This document shows positions 10,874 through 23,900 of a stretch of 64,000 nt of DNA, piece by piece. The notes beneath the pieces are model-generated. The model was given only the letters and a program-made list of their open reading frames with translations. It was not told the DNA's origin and searched no databases. Every line of letters starts with the position of its first letter. Position 1 is the first letter of the stretch. Made by a program: the position numbers and the translations under genes. The stretch is from Tubiluchus corallicola (Eukaryota; Animalia; Priapulida): contig JAQGDQ010001060.1 of assembly GCA_030141605.1 (NCBI GenBank), positions 1 through 64,000 of the forward strand, written 5' to 3'.

Positions 10874-13800
10874 ATGCCTTCTGCGTCAATGAAAGCTCAT
10901 ACGGCAGGTACGTACATTTTTAACATTTTTCTAATTTACAATAATCGTATTTAAAAGAAATAATTTATCGTGAAATATTTGTGTTTGTTAGAGTTCTGTC
11001 TAATACGCTTGGCGTTGTTACCCCATTGTTTGCTAAATCGCAAAATAACACTCAAATAAATGTATAAATTATCCACCAATCAAGCTGATAATATAGATGG
11101 CATTTTCTCGATTCCGAATTTGTGTTATTTAGATTTACATAATTTCATTTCCGCAGCACATCACTTATTTTCCATGCACAGCACATCACGTAATGTCATT
11201 AACATTCAAAAAGGCAATGAATATTGTGGGAAGAAGGGAGGAGCCGAGCTTTCGAACCTTTCACCTAACCACACACGCATGTTAGGCGTATGATTTAAGG
11301 ATTTAAACCATCGATAATCTCCGTTATAAGATATGTACATAATGTCAGTATAGTAATATTTATGCTTATTATGTCTGCTTGTATTATCCAATTATATGTA
11401 ATATATAATATACATACATATTGTTGAGTAAGCGATAACACACATACAAATGTTAACACATTCTATTTACAGTTTAATTTACACGAAAATATAATTATAA
11501 AAACCAAGTAAAACAGTCACAATTGCATGTAAAAAAGACAACTGGTTACATAATAATGCAAACATGAAATTAACATTACAGCATCCCCTCGGTTAACAAT
11601 TATTTACATTTAATTAGGATTATATTCGACATGCTAAGACAATGATTGACATAGTTTCTCATTACATGTATGATGTCTACAACATCGGTACCAAACAGAA
11701 AAATTAATTTATCTTCCTTAGGAATGTCTAGGAAATCTGGGCACAGCAAACTAATTTGTGTGAACGCATTTTGTCTGCTATTCACATTACGGCAAGTCAG
11801 CATCATTTTCGACTTCGTCATTGTTAAGATCCGTCTATACATAAGGTGGTTTTGTGCGCGAATTTCCGCTTTCTGTTGATAATTGTTGTTGTTATGTAAA
11901 ATTGCATCATTTAGTTATACATAAAAAAATGTGAGAAACCTCGCGGAAAAATCATCGACCATACAGCTTTCCGCACTGACTTTTTTACAAAATAAGCGCA
12001 GATTCTTGTAGGTAATCAATCAAAAGAAAATGTAATGTCAAGACTTTTTATTGTTTCTGCAGGCTTTGTAAAAAAACTCAGTCGCCCAGTTTCAAAATAA
12101 AGCAATAATTATGGAGTCTGATACGCTCGAATGATTTCGATAAAAGTAAAGACGTGTAAGCCTATGTGTTCATAAAGCTAGCCAAACACCACTTTACGCT
12201 ATTGTTAATTGAACAAGGAAATAACTTCAAATAAAATAGAATATCACTATAGTGATGCAGGTCATATTTGTGTTGTAACTTTGTACTGTTTGTACCGTTA
12301 ATTCGCAACTAAGTTTTTTGCACATTTACGCTAGCGTATTTACGTTTTGAATCACTCAAGCTAAATACGTTTTAATCACTAGGCAGAACGATAAAGACTT
12401 CAGGCAATACGTCTCCACCAAACAAAAACAACACTAAACATTTCTCAGCGTACCAACACTTGTGAACTTAATAGTTTCACTAAGAGTAGCATTAACAGCA
12501 AGGGCTTAACGTAATTACATTCAGAGTTTGATTCGTAGGCGTACATATACACTAATTTATTATTATATTAGTTTATTTCGCATAATAAATATAATAATAT
12601 ACAGCTTACAAAATTTAAGAGGTTATTAATAAAGTATGACAATAGATATTATGTTAGTCAATAATATATCTACGGAAATATAACAATGCACTACTTTAGT
12701 TCACTTAATAGCTAGAATAATTAATTTACTGACTAACTAAGACAATTTTACATAGGTAGCCATAAACCAGCTAAGACTGTTTCTGGTGTCGTGAGATTGT
12801 ACAGCTCAAGATTCTGCCCTCATTCACATTCCACGCGCTTAGTGCTGGCTGCAAAGAGAATACCGTATGTAAAATACTCGAATCTTAATTATTGTATTAT
12901 TGATACTAAGATTATTCTTGTTTGTAATCTGTGCTTGAAATAAAAGCATATTATATCATATTTGTCATAAATATTTGTTTTCATTCTGTGTTTTACTGAA
13001 ATTCTGATGATATGTAATACAAAAATCAAAATACTCTTAATCACCTACAACTTTTTATTGACAATAAAATGGTTGATCTTCTTGTTTGTAGTATTAATTA
13101 CAAATCATAATAATTGGTAAGCCTAATTATATTTTTATGCTCAAATTTAGAAACAAGCTTATAAAATGCTGCTCTAATTTCCTAATTTGGAAGGAGAGGC
13201 AACAAGAACATAATAGCAATATAAATACTAATAAATTAATTTTAGAATTTATTAAAGCCGTAAATGCATTATAATTTTGTGATATCAGGAATTTATTGCT
13301 CTGTAAGGACGACATACGTACTTAAACAGTATACTGATGACAAGGAAAATAAATTCAAACTTACACGTGTACTAAAAAACATACATTTTACCTTGTTCAT
13401 TTTGTTGAAAAACCCGATTGGCGTCCGAATTTCATTTAGTCCATGATCTAAATTTTAATTATTGTGTTATGTTCCGGTATTTATTTTTTTACTTGCTGAT
13501 TTAAAACTTCTACATCTTTGGCAAAATCTAAGGGAATGACCTAAAATTTTTAATAATTACGCCAATAGATAACCGTATGCAACATCATTTTCGAGCAATT
13601 TCGTCTTTTTTTTGTTATAATCAAATCTTCATTTGCGCGTTTACGACGTTTTTTGCGCACCTGATATATATGCCCTGCTAATTCGTGCTGAAGTTTTAGT
13701 CGGTAGCTAGTTTTCGACAGGTAGCATATTAGGGGACAGAAGTTTCGATTTTAGATGACACAAAATTGGACTGTTGTTTCAGTTCATACTACAAATTTTG

Positions 13801-15792
13801 TAATGAATTTAATTACTTGCTTTTTTCATGATGCTGGTTGTGCAATTTTGAGACAACAATGTAAGATCAATTTTCACAAGTGAAATCGGACAGTTCTACA
13901 AAGCGTTCTGCAGTTGTATGTTATTTTTAGATATGATTTTCAATTTGTAGCTACAAAAAATAATGGCCCAGCTATACCAAATAGTATCCGTATACTATAT
14001 CTCAAATCTCCCAAATTGGATTGTTAAAATTAAGTTTGGACTTTGAAAAAAAAATTGAGACAACCCCCAATCGATTTAATTCAAAAGAATGCAAAATAAC
14101 ATAAACCCTTAGCAGACTATTTCGCCCTGATAGCCAGTCTGGTTAACTCGGTTGATGACGAAATGAATGTATGTACATATAGTACAGCGCACAATGTTTC
14201 TAGATTTATCTGGAGAGACAAAATTCTTGCTTGGTTATTCTGTGCATCAAAAATAAACTCAGACGCCTGTACTTGTTATGTGTTACCTTTTTGCATATTT
14301 TTTATTATGAAAAATTTTGAGATTTCTATCCGTAAGCTGTATAACAAATTTATCATAGCAGTTATTATAAAGATCATTTTGCTTTCAGCCACGAAGTGAT
14401 TAACGTAAACAAGATAATACCTCCAGAATGGTTTGCAGAGCTCAGTCCTGCTGGAATTCTCCCAGTTTTGCAGAAAAATGGGACAGTTATTTACGCTTCA
14501 ACCGTATGCAACGATTGGCTGGATGATGTCTTCCAGCAAGAACAACTTAATCATGCTGATCCAACTAAACGAGCAAAAGGAAAAATGACTCTCCAAATAG
14601 CCCAGCTGGTATCTTTTAAGATTTTAGTGACAGCAACGTCAATTTTACACATTTTATGTAAATCCTGGCTGTTACAAAAACGCCTAGGCAAAGTGTGAAA
14701 GAATCGGAGTAAAAATATTTATTTCACACTTTTTTCGAAATGCACAGGTGATGTATGAAATAGCAAGAAACTTTATAAAACGTCTAAATTTCACATATTG
14801 TCTGTAACGTATAAATAGCCAATTATAGTATTACCCGTTATAATGTGCTATATTGTTATCGATTTTAGGTAATACAAAACGTTGACTTTATTTTGTGGAA
14901 CAAATTTGCAGAAGAAAAGGTAGCAAACCTGAAAGAAGGACTGACAGTACTCAATAACCGGCTGACTGAGCAATACTTCGAAGGTACACGATTTTTTACA
15001 TACATGTAATATGAATTATCATTACATATATGCTGTGTATTTAGCTCTGCAGATTATTGCTAATCCCGGAAATTGCTTTACAAACGAAGTCTTTGCTTGC
15101 AATCAGTTCTTAGTCACCTATAATATGCATGACTGTGGCAGTACTGGTTTAGACTGGCCTGTTTTACATAACTTAACATAATGCTGTTGTAAACCCAAAA
15201 TTGATGAAATTTTGATACCAAATTTAAAAAACAGGAAATATGAAAAGCTGGAATACATCCTGCCTTTCAAGTTTGGTATCAAAATTTCATTAATTATTGC
15301 GGGTTTGTAACGTCATTAATAATAACCTTGACATTTAACATTGCAACCATTAGTAATTTAGTACAAATATTATTCATGTTGATCCTTAGACGGTTAGGCC
15401 GTAGTGAAGTTACCATTTAAGACACGCAGATGACGAGATGACACGCCTTGGAAATAAAATTGTTTTTAAAACGCAGGCCCTCTTGTTATTTTTTTTTAAA
15501 CATACCGAAGTTAAGTGAAGTTATCACTAAACTGGCTGTTTTTAATTACGCTACAGGTGACAAAGCTGGGATGACAGATTACAATATTTGGCCATGGTTT
15601 GAAAGACTGGAGCTGCTGAATCTTGTTCGTCCTGAAATCACCATATTTTTACCGGATCACCTGCGCAGGTGGACAGCACGAATGAAACGCAATGCGGCAG
15701 TCAAAGAAAATGCGCTAAATCCAAAACTTTTTGTGGATTTCGTGAGACGTTATAAAGCAAACGACCACCTTTGTTTCGATGTGGGACTGTAA
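10874..15792 (+). CDS. GSTO: Glutathione S-transferase omega-like protein, 5 coding exons
   Basis: Exons 10874-10907, 12756-12864, 14389-14608, 14869-14983, 15557-15792 in consistent phase. MPSASMKAHTAGSHKP...[32 protein letters not shown]...PEWF...GILPVL...IYASTVCNDWLDD...GMTDYNIWPWFERL matches the omega-class pattern (RIYSMRFCPFA, DYLIWPWFERL). Confidence 0.9.
11330..11880 (-). mobile_element. Probable 3' remnant of a LINE (ORF2 C-terminus plus tail) in GSTO intron 1
   Basis: ORF 11600-11842 (RQNAFTQISLLCPDFLDIPKEDKLIFLFG) resembles invertebrate LINE ORF2 ends, followed by a T-rich tail; boundaries approximate. Confidence 0.45.
15186..15311. repeat. Short foldback/MITE-like inverted repeat in GSTO intron 4
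   Basis: gttgtaaaccc...atgaaattttgataccaaa pairs with tttggtatcaaaatttcat...gggtttgtaac. Confidence 0.75.
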
Positions 15793-17947
15793 CATCAAAA
15801 TTCATCTAAATAAGAAACAGATTGAATCTTAAAAATTTATAAAATTATAATTTCAATTTGTATTAAATCTGTGTATCTGTGTATTAAATTATCTGTCACA
15901 AGTCCACCAATGGTTAAAAAATTGACCAGTGACGCCTACTATCAAAAGCTTTTGGAGAATGAAGCTTTATTACTGCTAATTACTTAGTTATGGTAATAAT
16001 GTTATGATTTCCACTTGCACCCATACTTTTCATGAGCACGATAAAACTGCACGGTAAGAACGATGACAAATTTGTCAAAAAAAGTTCTTTTACAGTGAGT
16101 TGTGGAATATGATTCCCGGCTGATAGACCTTTGGTAGCATCTGAGTTTGCTAAGTTAGGTACCTCAGTCGTGCAATAGCTAGTTAGTGTAGCTCACGGAG
16201 AGCAGAATGTCTTGTCTGCGAGTCCCAGTGGAGGTACAAAAATTTTCAGACTCTCTAATTTGGTGTATACTATTAATAAAAATATTGGAAAAGGCAGGCA
16301 TTTGCCCTTCTAATTAGTCTTTCCGTGCGACGTACAGTCAGTTTTCATTTGCAATATGCATCACCTATATTGAATGTAAGAATTTCATTTTTTACCAATA
16401 GTTAACCCAAGAAACCTTATCCAGGATACCTTACCCAAAGAAATAAGGGCTAATATAGAAGATAATTTTTTTGTAAACGGTCTGGCCTCTCTCCAATGCC
16501 TTTGAAACAAAAATTACCCATTTAGTTTTACACCTTTTATATTAACTCCTTCAGAACTCTGTTACTTCCAAATGGACTGTTGATAATAAAAATATTTTAT
16601 TTTTTAATTAAAACAGCTTTGATAGATCCTTTTGTGTGATTGAGAAGCAAACTCTCTTCCAAAACACATGTAATTCCAAATTACATTCTACTACAATGCA
16701 ATAGATGCGCCTCCACAAAATGTACCATCGAAGGAATCATAAATGTGACCTTTCAGAATAGAATTGATGCATTAAAATTGTCATCTTCGTTCTCCAATAG
16801 ATAGATAGCATATAAGGACAAAGCTATATAAGAACAAAATATCTAAGATCACATTTCAGGCATGGCATCCTCATGCAGCTGTTGCTACATCAGAGTTCCA
16901 CCTCATCTTACATCACTCTATTCAGTAATCAACAATACCATAAAACATTAATTTTTAATCTCGTGTAAGTTTTTACGTACGTTTCTTTTTACTTCTTCAT
17001 CAATTAACTCACATCCGTGCACACCACAATTTTTACTATGCCTAACGGGCTTTTTGGAGTAGCTACATTTCTCAGTAATCTAAGAATCAACTGTGTGCGT
17101 ACCTAACCATTCACTGTTTTCAGTGTTCAACTTACAAAGCAAAAATTATCATCACCATTATATTTTTTACGTAACGGTAGTTCACTCTGCATGATGACAG
17201 CAGCAGTTCATTGAAACAAATCACTGGCACACGTTAACAATGATCTGACCAACAGTAATTATTTAATTATTATTATTATTATCTTGCCTTGTTCAAGCTT
17301 TATTGGACATTGCTTAACCGCTGTCTCGGGAGGTGGTCATAGCAGTCGCGCATCACGTTTTATTTAACTCTTATTTTAAAGATTTCTCATACGTCTTCAT
17401 CTCTTGTTCGCACTGGTTCGACAGATGGTTTGTAAAAGAAATTAATAAAGATTTCCTTTGTTAAAGTAAATTATTTAGTTTACTTTGTTCATACATTCCG
17501 ACATTGCAGGATAATTAAAACTAGTGGGATTCATACATTTTTGATAGAATGATGGCATTTCCAAAACTTAAAACTTTTTTAATTCTTAAATAGTGCAAAC
17601 AAAATTCATTTATGCAGTGATGCTTTAACTAGATGTGTGTACAAATAACTATAAGTTGGTATAGGGCAAAAATTACAACAATTGTGATAAACACGCAATT
17701 CTAAATTCATTTTCTTAAAAAATAAAAGGATTTCTCTGCTTTGACATTTCTACTATTTGACAACACTTTCGGGACACAGTTTATTCTTCTACGTTATTTT
17801 AAGCATAAAACTTAAGCATCAAAATACACATCAATATTTTATTTTATACTTTAATTTATAATTAATATATTTCTTTTCAGAGTTTACATAAATTAGCATG
17901 TCCTTCATACTTTTGAATGTGACTAAGGACAAGTACCAATACTAAAA

Positions 17948-20900
17948 ATGGGAGACCAAAAAAATAACAAGCAACCTTTGCGAATTAAAATAATTAGCAT
18001 GGGAAACGCTAAAGTTGGAAAGGTGAATGTTATCTTACCTTTGATGTATTTTGCTTGCTAACATTTATTATTTAGGTGAAATTGCATTCTTTTCAAACGA
18101 ACTCATACTGAGAAACGTTAAATCAATGCGTCCTGGGAATCGTTACGATTATTGTGAGAATTCCCTGATATATAGCTTTCCAAGCACATAAATTTCACTA
18201 AAAAGGTCTTGGTAAATGTGTGGCTCGTTGTATGTGCTGGTAAAACAGATAATATTATTCACATAGTATATTTCTTGACAATGTGCCTTAACATATTAGA
18301 ACTCACTAAACAGCAACCCTTTTTAATAGAATGAAACCATTAAATTTCTAATGGTGTTCCACAAAAATATCACTTTCAAACGAGACTTTGAAGCTGAATT
18401 TGCAAATATTGATCTCACTCTTTTTTTCCATTTACAATACATGTTTCGGTGTTTGTGGTGGCATAATTGGTTAGTTAACTGTGAGTTAAATCTTACCTCT
18501 AAGTCGGTAAGTCCTGAAGCTCTATTACTTCTTCAAGTCCTTTATAGTCAAACCAGGCCCTAATTTTACCATCTGACCTGCTGACCTATCTAAGATTTCC
18601 CCGTGTTTGTTCACTCGCGTTAAAATATTTGCCAAATGTTAACTTATTACTAGTTTTGAGCTAGACAGCTATTTGTAAATACAGTCTAACCTCGTTATCT
18701 CGCCCCTGTCCGTCTAGGGCAAATTTTTGGCGAGAGGCGAGTATGGCGAGATAACAGAAATAAAACGAAGTTAGTCTATATGTACTGTACATGTACATAT
18801 CATGGTAATGACCATTTATCGTTCCACCACGTCATGCCATGATTAGATTGTTGCACCTTAGTTAGTACATTGTATATTATATAGCATGATTGACCTAGTA
18901 ACTTTTTGTGAGTATTGCTATTTTAACACCAGCTTTATTCTGATTTTGTAGGTAGACTTCAACTGCAAGTAAGCAATGTTATACAGTGTATATACATACT
19001 GTACATAATAGTTGATTAACATAATGTTCCTCTATGTACATATAAAATATCAACATTAAATCAGAAATGAAAAAATGTGATAAAAATAATCTTAGAATGT
19101 TACTTTTTTATTTAAAAAACCTTTTTCGAGTATACACTTAAATGCAATAAACTTAGCAAAAGATTTAGAAATGTTCACAAATGAGTTACTGATGACTGAA
19201 ATAATTCAGAAGAGACGACTGTTTCATTGATGATGCACGCAAGCAGTCAACACGACGTTTAATCAAACACAATCCTTGAATATCGTCCCTTGTGACTCTG
19301 TCAGACTGTTCAAAGTATCGCATCAGTGTGTCGACAACTGCTGATGCCTGGTCATTCGATACATGAGATGCGCCATCGTCTTCATCGCCACTGCCCGTGT
19401 CATCTTCATCGCTGCTGCCCGCGGCCTGCCCGTCACTCACAAGCTGAACTATCTCTGTGTCAGTCATCATCTCGGACGTGCACAGGTGATAGTCCACCGT
19501 TAAGTACTCGGCCTGTGTCATCAACAGCTCAGCCGGTATACCCAGCGACTCAAATAGGTTGCGAAATTCACGGTGGGCTTCAGCTGTCGACTTCTATTGG
19601 TAGTATACCTGTTTGGCGCCAGCAGTTCTTGATACAGCTCTCCGTCACTTCGTCCCAGCTCAGCTTTGTCCAGCGGATTGCGTCACTGATCTCAACCTTT
19701 GGTGTACGTTCTGCGTCGATTGCATCCACATAAAAACGAACCAGATAGCGACGGTAGTAGGACTTAAATGCACTGATGATACCGGCGTCCATCGGCTGCA
19801 GGTGGCTGGTAGTGGTAGGTGGCAAGAACTCACAGCGGATATGATGTGACAGGGTGCATTGTCCATTAGAATCAAAATATGGCGGTTTTCACTCGCCATT
19901 CTGCGGTTGAGGGACTTCAAAAATTCATCCAAAATTCCATTAACCATCCATGCTTTATTGTTGGCGTAATAGTCGCAGTAGACCTTAGGATTGAACTGTT
20001 TGAAGCACCTTGGTTTCCAAGTTTTACCAATGATCAATGGTCTGAGCTTGTCTGATCCATCACCGTTACTGCAAAGCATCACCGATATCCTGTCCTTTGG
20101 TTTTTTCACGCCCTTTGTCTTCTCCGTCGTTGTCAACGACCTATCTGGCAACATTCGAAAAAATAGACCGGTTTCATCAAGGTTATAAACGTCACTCAGT
20201 TCAAAATTTTTTATTACACGTGCTGCCTGTTCTCTGCCCCTATCAAGAACGTCTGAATCTACACCAGCACTTTCACCGCAGATTTTCTTGCTGCCAATTC
20301 CACACCTCAACTTGAAACGTTGCAGCCATCCGTTAGAGTACTGGAAGTCGGTTATGCCCAGTTCATTTCCAAGGTGCTTGGCCTTTTCGCGCAAAACAGC
20401 ATCAGTGATGACGACATTTTGCGATCGTGCTTTCGTGAACCATAGTTGAAGTGCCATGTCCAGATTGGAATGCTGTCCACGTCGCAATTTCGTTGAGCCA
20501 CTGTGACCATGACTTTGCATCCATTTTTCTTTACTCGCTATTATATCTCCTACACTTCTCCGACTAACAGTGTCACCAAATTTTGCACTAAATACAGTAG
20601 CAATTTCCTGCTGTGTCTTTGAAGAATTATTCGTATGATAAATACAAATTTCCTTTTTTTGTTCTGGATTAAGACAAAACAGTTTTCGCTTCAGAGACAT
20701 CATGTAAAGTTGCTCACACTTTGTGGGAACTCAAACTTAAACTCAGCTTTGGCGCTTTAGTTTCTCTGCGCATTAACCAAGTACAGCAGCATTGTCTACA
20801 AGCAGCATTGTCTACATACCGCGGTTATATTGATCGACACGCGGTATATGTACAGTATTGATCGATTCCTCTGAGTCTGTTTGGCGACATAACGAATACA

Positions 20901-23900
20901 GTTTACATAAGCACTCATCCTAGCATGATGTGGCGAGGGCGAGAAGCGAGGGTGGCGACTTAACGAGGTAAATAACACAGCAGGAAATCCGTCCTGGTAC
21001 TTTCCATGGCGAGAGACGAGTTTGGCCGCATAACGAGGGGCGAGATAACGAGGTTAGACTGTACTTGTAGTGTCATTAGTACTTGTAAAAGAACTTACAA
21101 AAATATAACTTTATGATATTTAAATATATTACTGCCGCACTGTACATTGTAATATATGTATGATATGCCAATCAAGTTACAATAGATAAGTAAGGTTACA
21201 CTGTTAAGCTAATGTACTGGTTTTTCATGAAAGTTTTAAATTTGACCACAGTAATGTGTACGAGTAATATTTCAACAACTTATTATTTCTTTGTGTATTA
21301 TTCTTTTCAGAGTTGTATCATTAAACGTTATTGTGAAAAGAGATTCGTTAGCAAATATATGGCTACAATTGGTATTGACTATGGCGTCACTAAGTGAGTA
21401 TACTTGCTTTACTTATTATTTTTGTGTTTTGTTATTTCTTTATAATGATACATTTTGTAAGTGGTATGAAAATTATGATATAGTAGCTCAAGATCTGGTT
21501 GCCACCATTTTATCAAGTGCTTTCAAAATAGCTGACTTTGTAATAAAACTGCCGTAAACTGTTTTTTTTTGTGTGAATCATCGTAATAACACGAACTAAC
21601 ATCCATATTTAATTGTATTAAACATGGGAATTTTGAATAATTTATTATTCGAATATGCGAGGAAAAATTATTCGAATAATTGAATATTCAACTCTTTGAT
21701 ATTTTCCTTCCATTCGCATCACGGTAGCCCACATGTGGAAATGGATAAATAAAAAAATACTTCGCAGCAGCTGCTATATCACTACATACAATAATTACAA
21801 TTATTGTGCTGAAATGATAAATTTAAGCACACCAATGTTCTTACTTGACTGGAACTGTACTAAGTTTTAATTATTGCACTATGATATCTGTAAACTTGAA
21901 AATGAGCTGCACAAGTAAATTGTCATATATGAAGCTTGTTGATTTTAATAACTCATTTATTTTTCCTTTCAAATATTTTATGGTGTTTGATTGAACTTTT
22001 CAAAAAAAATTTCATTCCTTACCAAGCTCTTCTGATGCCATAAGGACGACAAGTATACCCGATTTCCCAGTAAATTACCCAGAGCAGTGAAGTGACAGCA
22101 GAATGATTGTTTTTCTGCCATATAGCAGCAAAGAAGGTGTATTGTTTTTATCAATGTTAGCTCAGTGTCAAGGTTTTTTGCTTGTGTAAGTGAGCTGGCA
22201 GCATTCAGCATATGGTCAATACAATGTACACAAGATAACTGATTAGCATTTTAATAGTAAGAAACATTCGAAGTGCTTCAAATAATCAACTTTTCCTGCA
22301 CATCCCTAAAATGTGTTATAACTTTCGTATTTGCAGAGTCACAGTTCATGGGCAAGACGTAAAGGTTAACATTTTCGATATGGCTGGACATCCCATATTT
22401 TATGAAGTATAGCACTTACATATAATTATTACTTACAATGCTTATAAGTAAATACGCTGAAGTTATTCAAAATCTTAATAAAATAGAGCGACTAATTGTC
22501 TTGTGAGTGAGTGCTGAAATGGTTAACCGTTGAACCGACCCCTAACTGGTGTAACTGTTTAGAAAATTACTAACTGTTACTTAGCTTACTTTTCTAGGTA
22601 TCCGTATTAATAAAACCTTGTACCTTTTCTGAGTTGGCGTATGCAGTTAGTACTGTCTCGATTGCATAAAATTGTACTGTACAACATTGTTTCAACTAAT
22701 CTGGTTGCCTAAGCTAAGAAGCATCTAAACGGTAAATTGCAAAAAGTTTTTTACTCGCATATGTTGCGAGAATGCCGCCATGTTGAACATTTTCGCTGGC
22801 GCTTGCTAGATTTGAACTGCACGCTTACTCGTTCAAGTAATATTTTCTTATATGTATGATGTCATCCGGAACAGGTAATGACCACAATTAATAACGATTA
22901 AACGGTTAGTTAAAAGGCCTAACCATCTCAACTCTGTCACACACGAAGTATGTTGTTTAAAACAATAAGTAAGCAATTGAAAATCTGAATGTGTGATAGT
23001 AAATGTTAGCAAAATCAGTGGTAAATATGTTTACACAATAATATGGGAAGTGTTCAAGTTTCGGTTACTCCTCGGTGTCGGAATTTTCAATTATTTTCAT
23101 TTTTCAACCATTACGACATACTTTCACAGGTTCGCAATGAGTTTTATAATGAAACAAATGGAGTTATGCTTGTTTACGATGTCAGTGATAGGAACAGCTT
23201 TGGAGCACTGCAAGAATGGTTAGATGAAATGAAACAAGAGATGGAAAATCCTGATGAAATGCTGAATATTGTATTTGTGGTTTGCGCCAACAAGGTACAG
23301 CAACCAACGTCCTTACAAATTTTTATTTTAACAAAATCTAAATTTTATCATCCATTTCCTCTCTTAATGACAAATGTTTATGCTTCATCTGTTTTGCTGC
23401 CATAGCTATTTTTCTTTTTAGGACAGATGTATCTGCATTAGAATGCAGCTAAGGCATGAACATCTGGTTTGGTGCCTCATGTTATATGATTTTCTTGATG
23501 ATGAGTTAAGCGTTAATCTTGTCATATAATTTGAGTAAACCCTGAAGTTGAGTGCTAGAGAGTTGCTCACAAGTTTAAAACATTTTACTCCGTCGTTTCT
23601 TACTTTATATATTTGTTCTAGTATTTCTTTGTACAGTGTTCCCTCACTTATCGCGGGTGTTCCGTTCCAGGCCCACCCGCGATAAGTGAATTTCTGCAAA
23701 GTAGGACACTATACTTATTTAATACTTACACATTTGGGTGGCATCGTAGGGCTTGAATAAATTCAGTCTCTAACGAAAATTTCATAAATAGCATACAAGA
23801 AAACATATTGCACGGTACCTGAGCCAATCAGCGATTGGGATACAGAGCAGCGTTCTCTGGTTGGTCGCTTTCCATCCATCAATCAATCGTGTGTTGAGTA

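Noticed and set aside
19326-20315. Several + strand ORFs inside the Tigger element
   Set aside because: Antisense shadows of the GC-richer transposase.
22375-22395. DMAGH instead of the catalytic DTAGQ in DNAJC27
   Set aside because: Known family-wide feature of RJL/RBJ GTPases, not novel.
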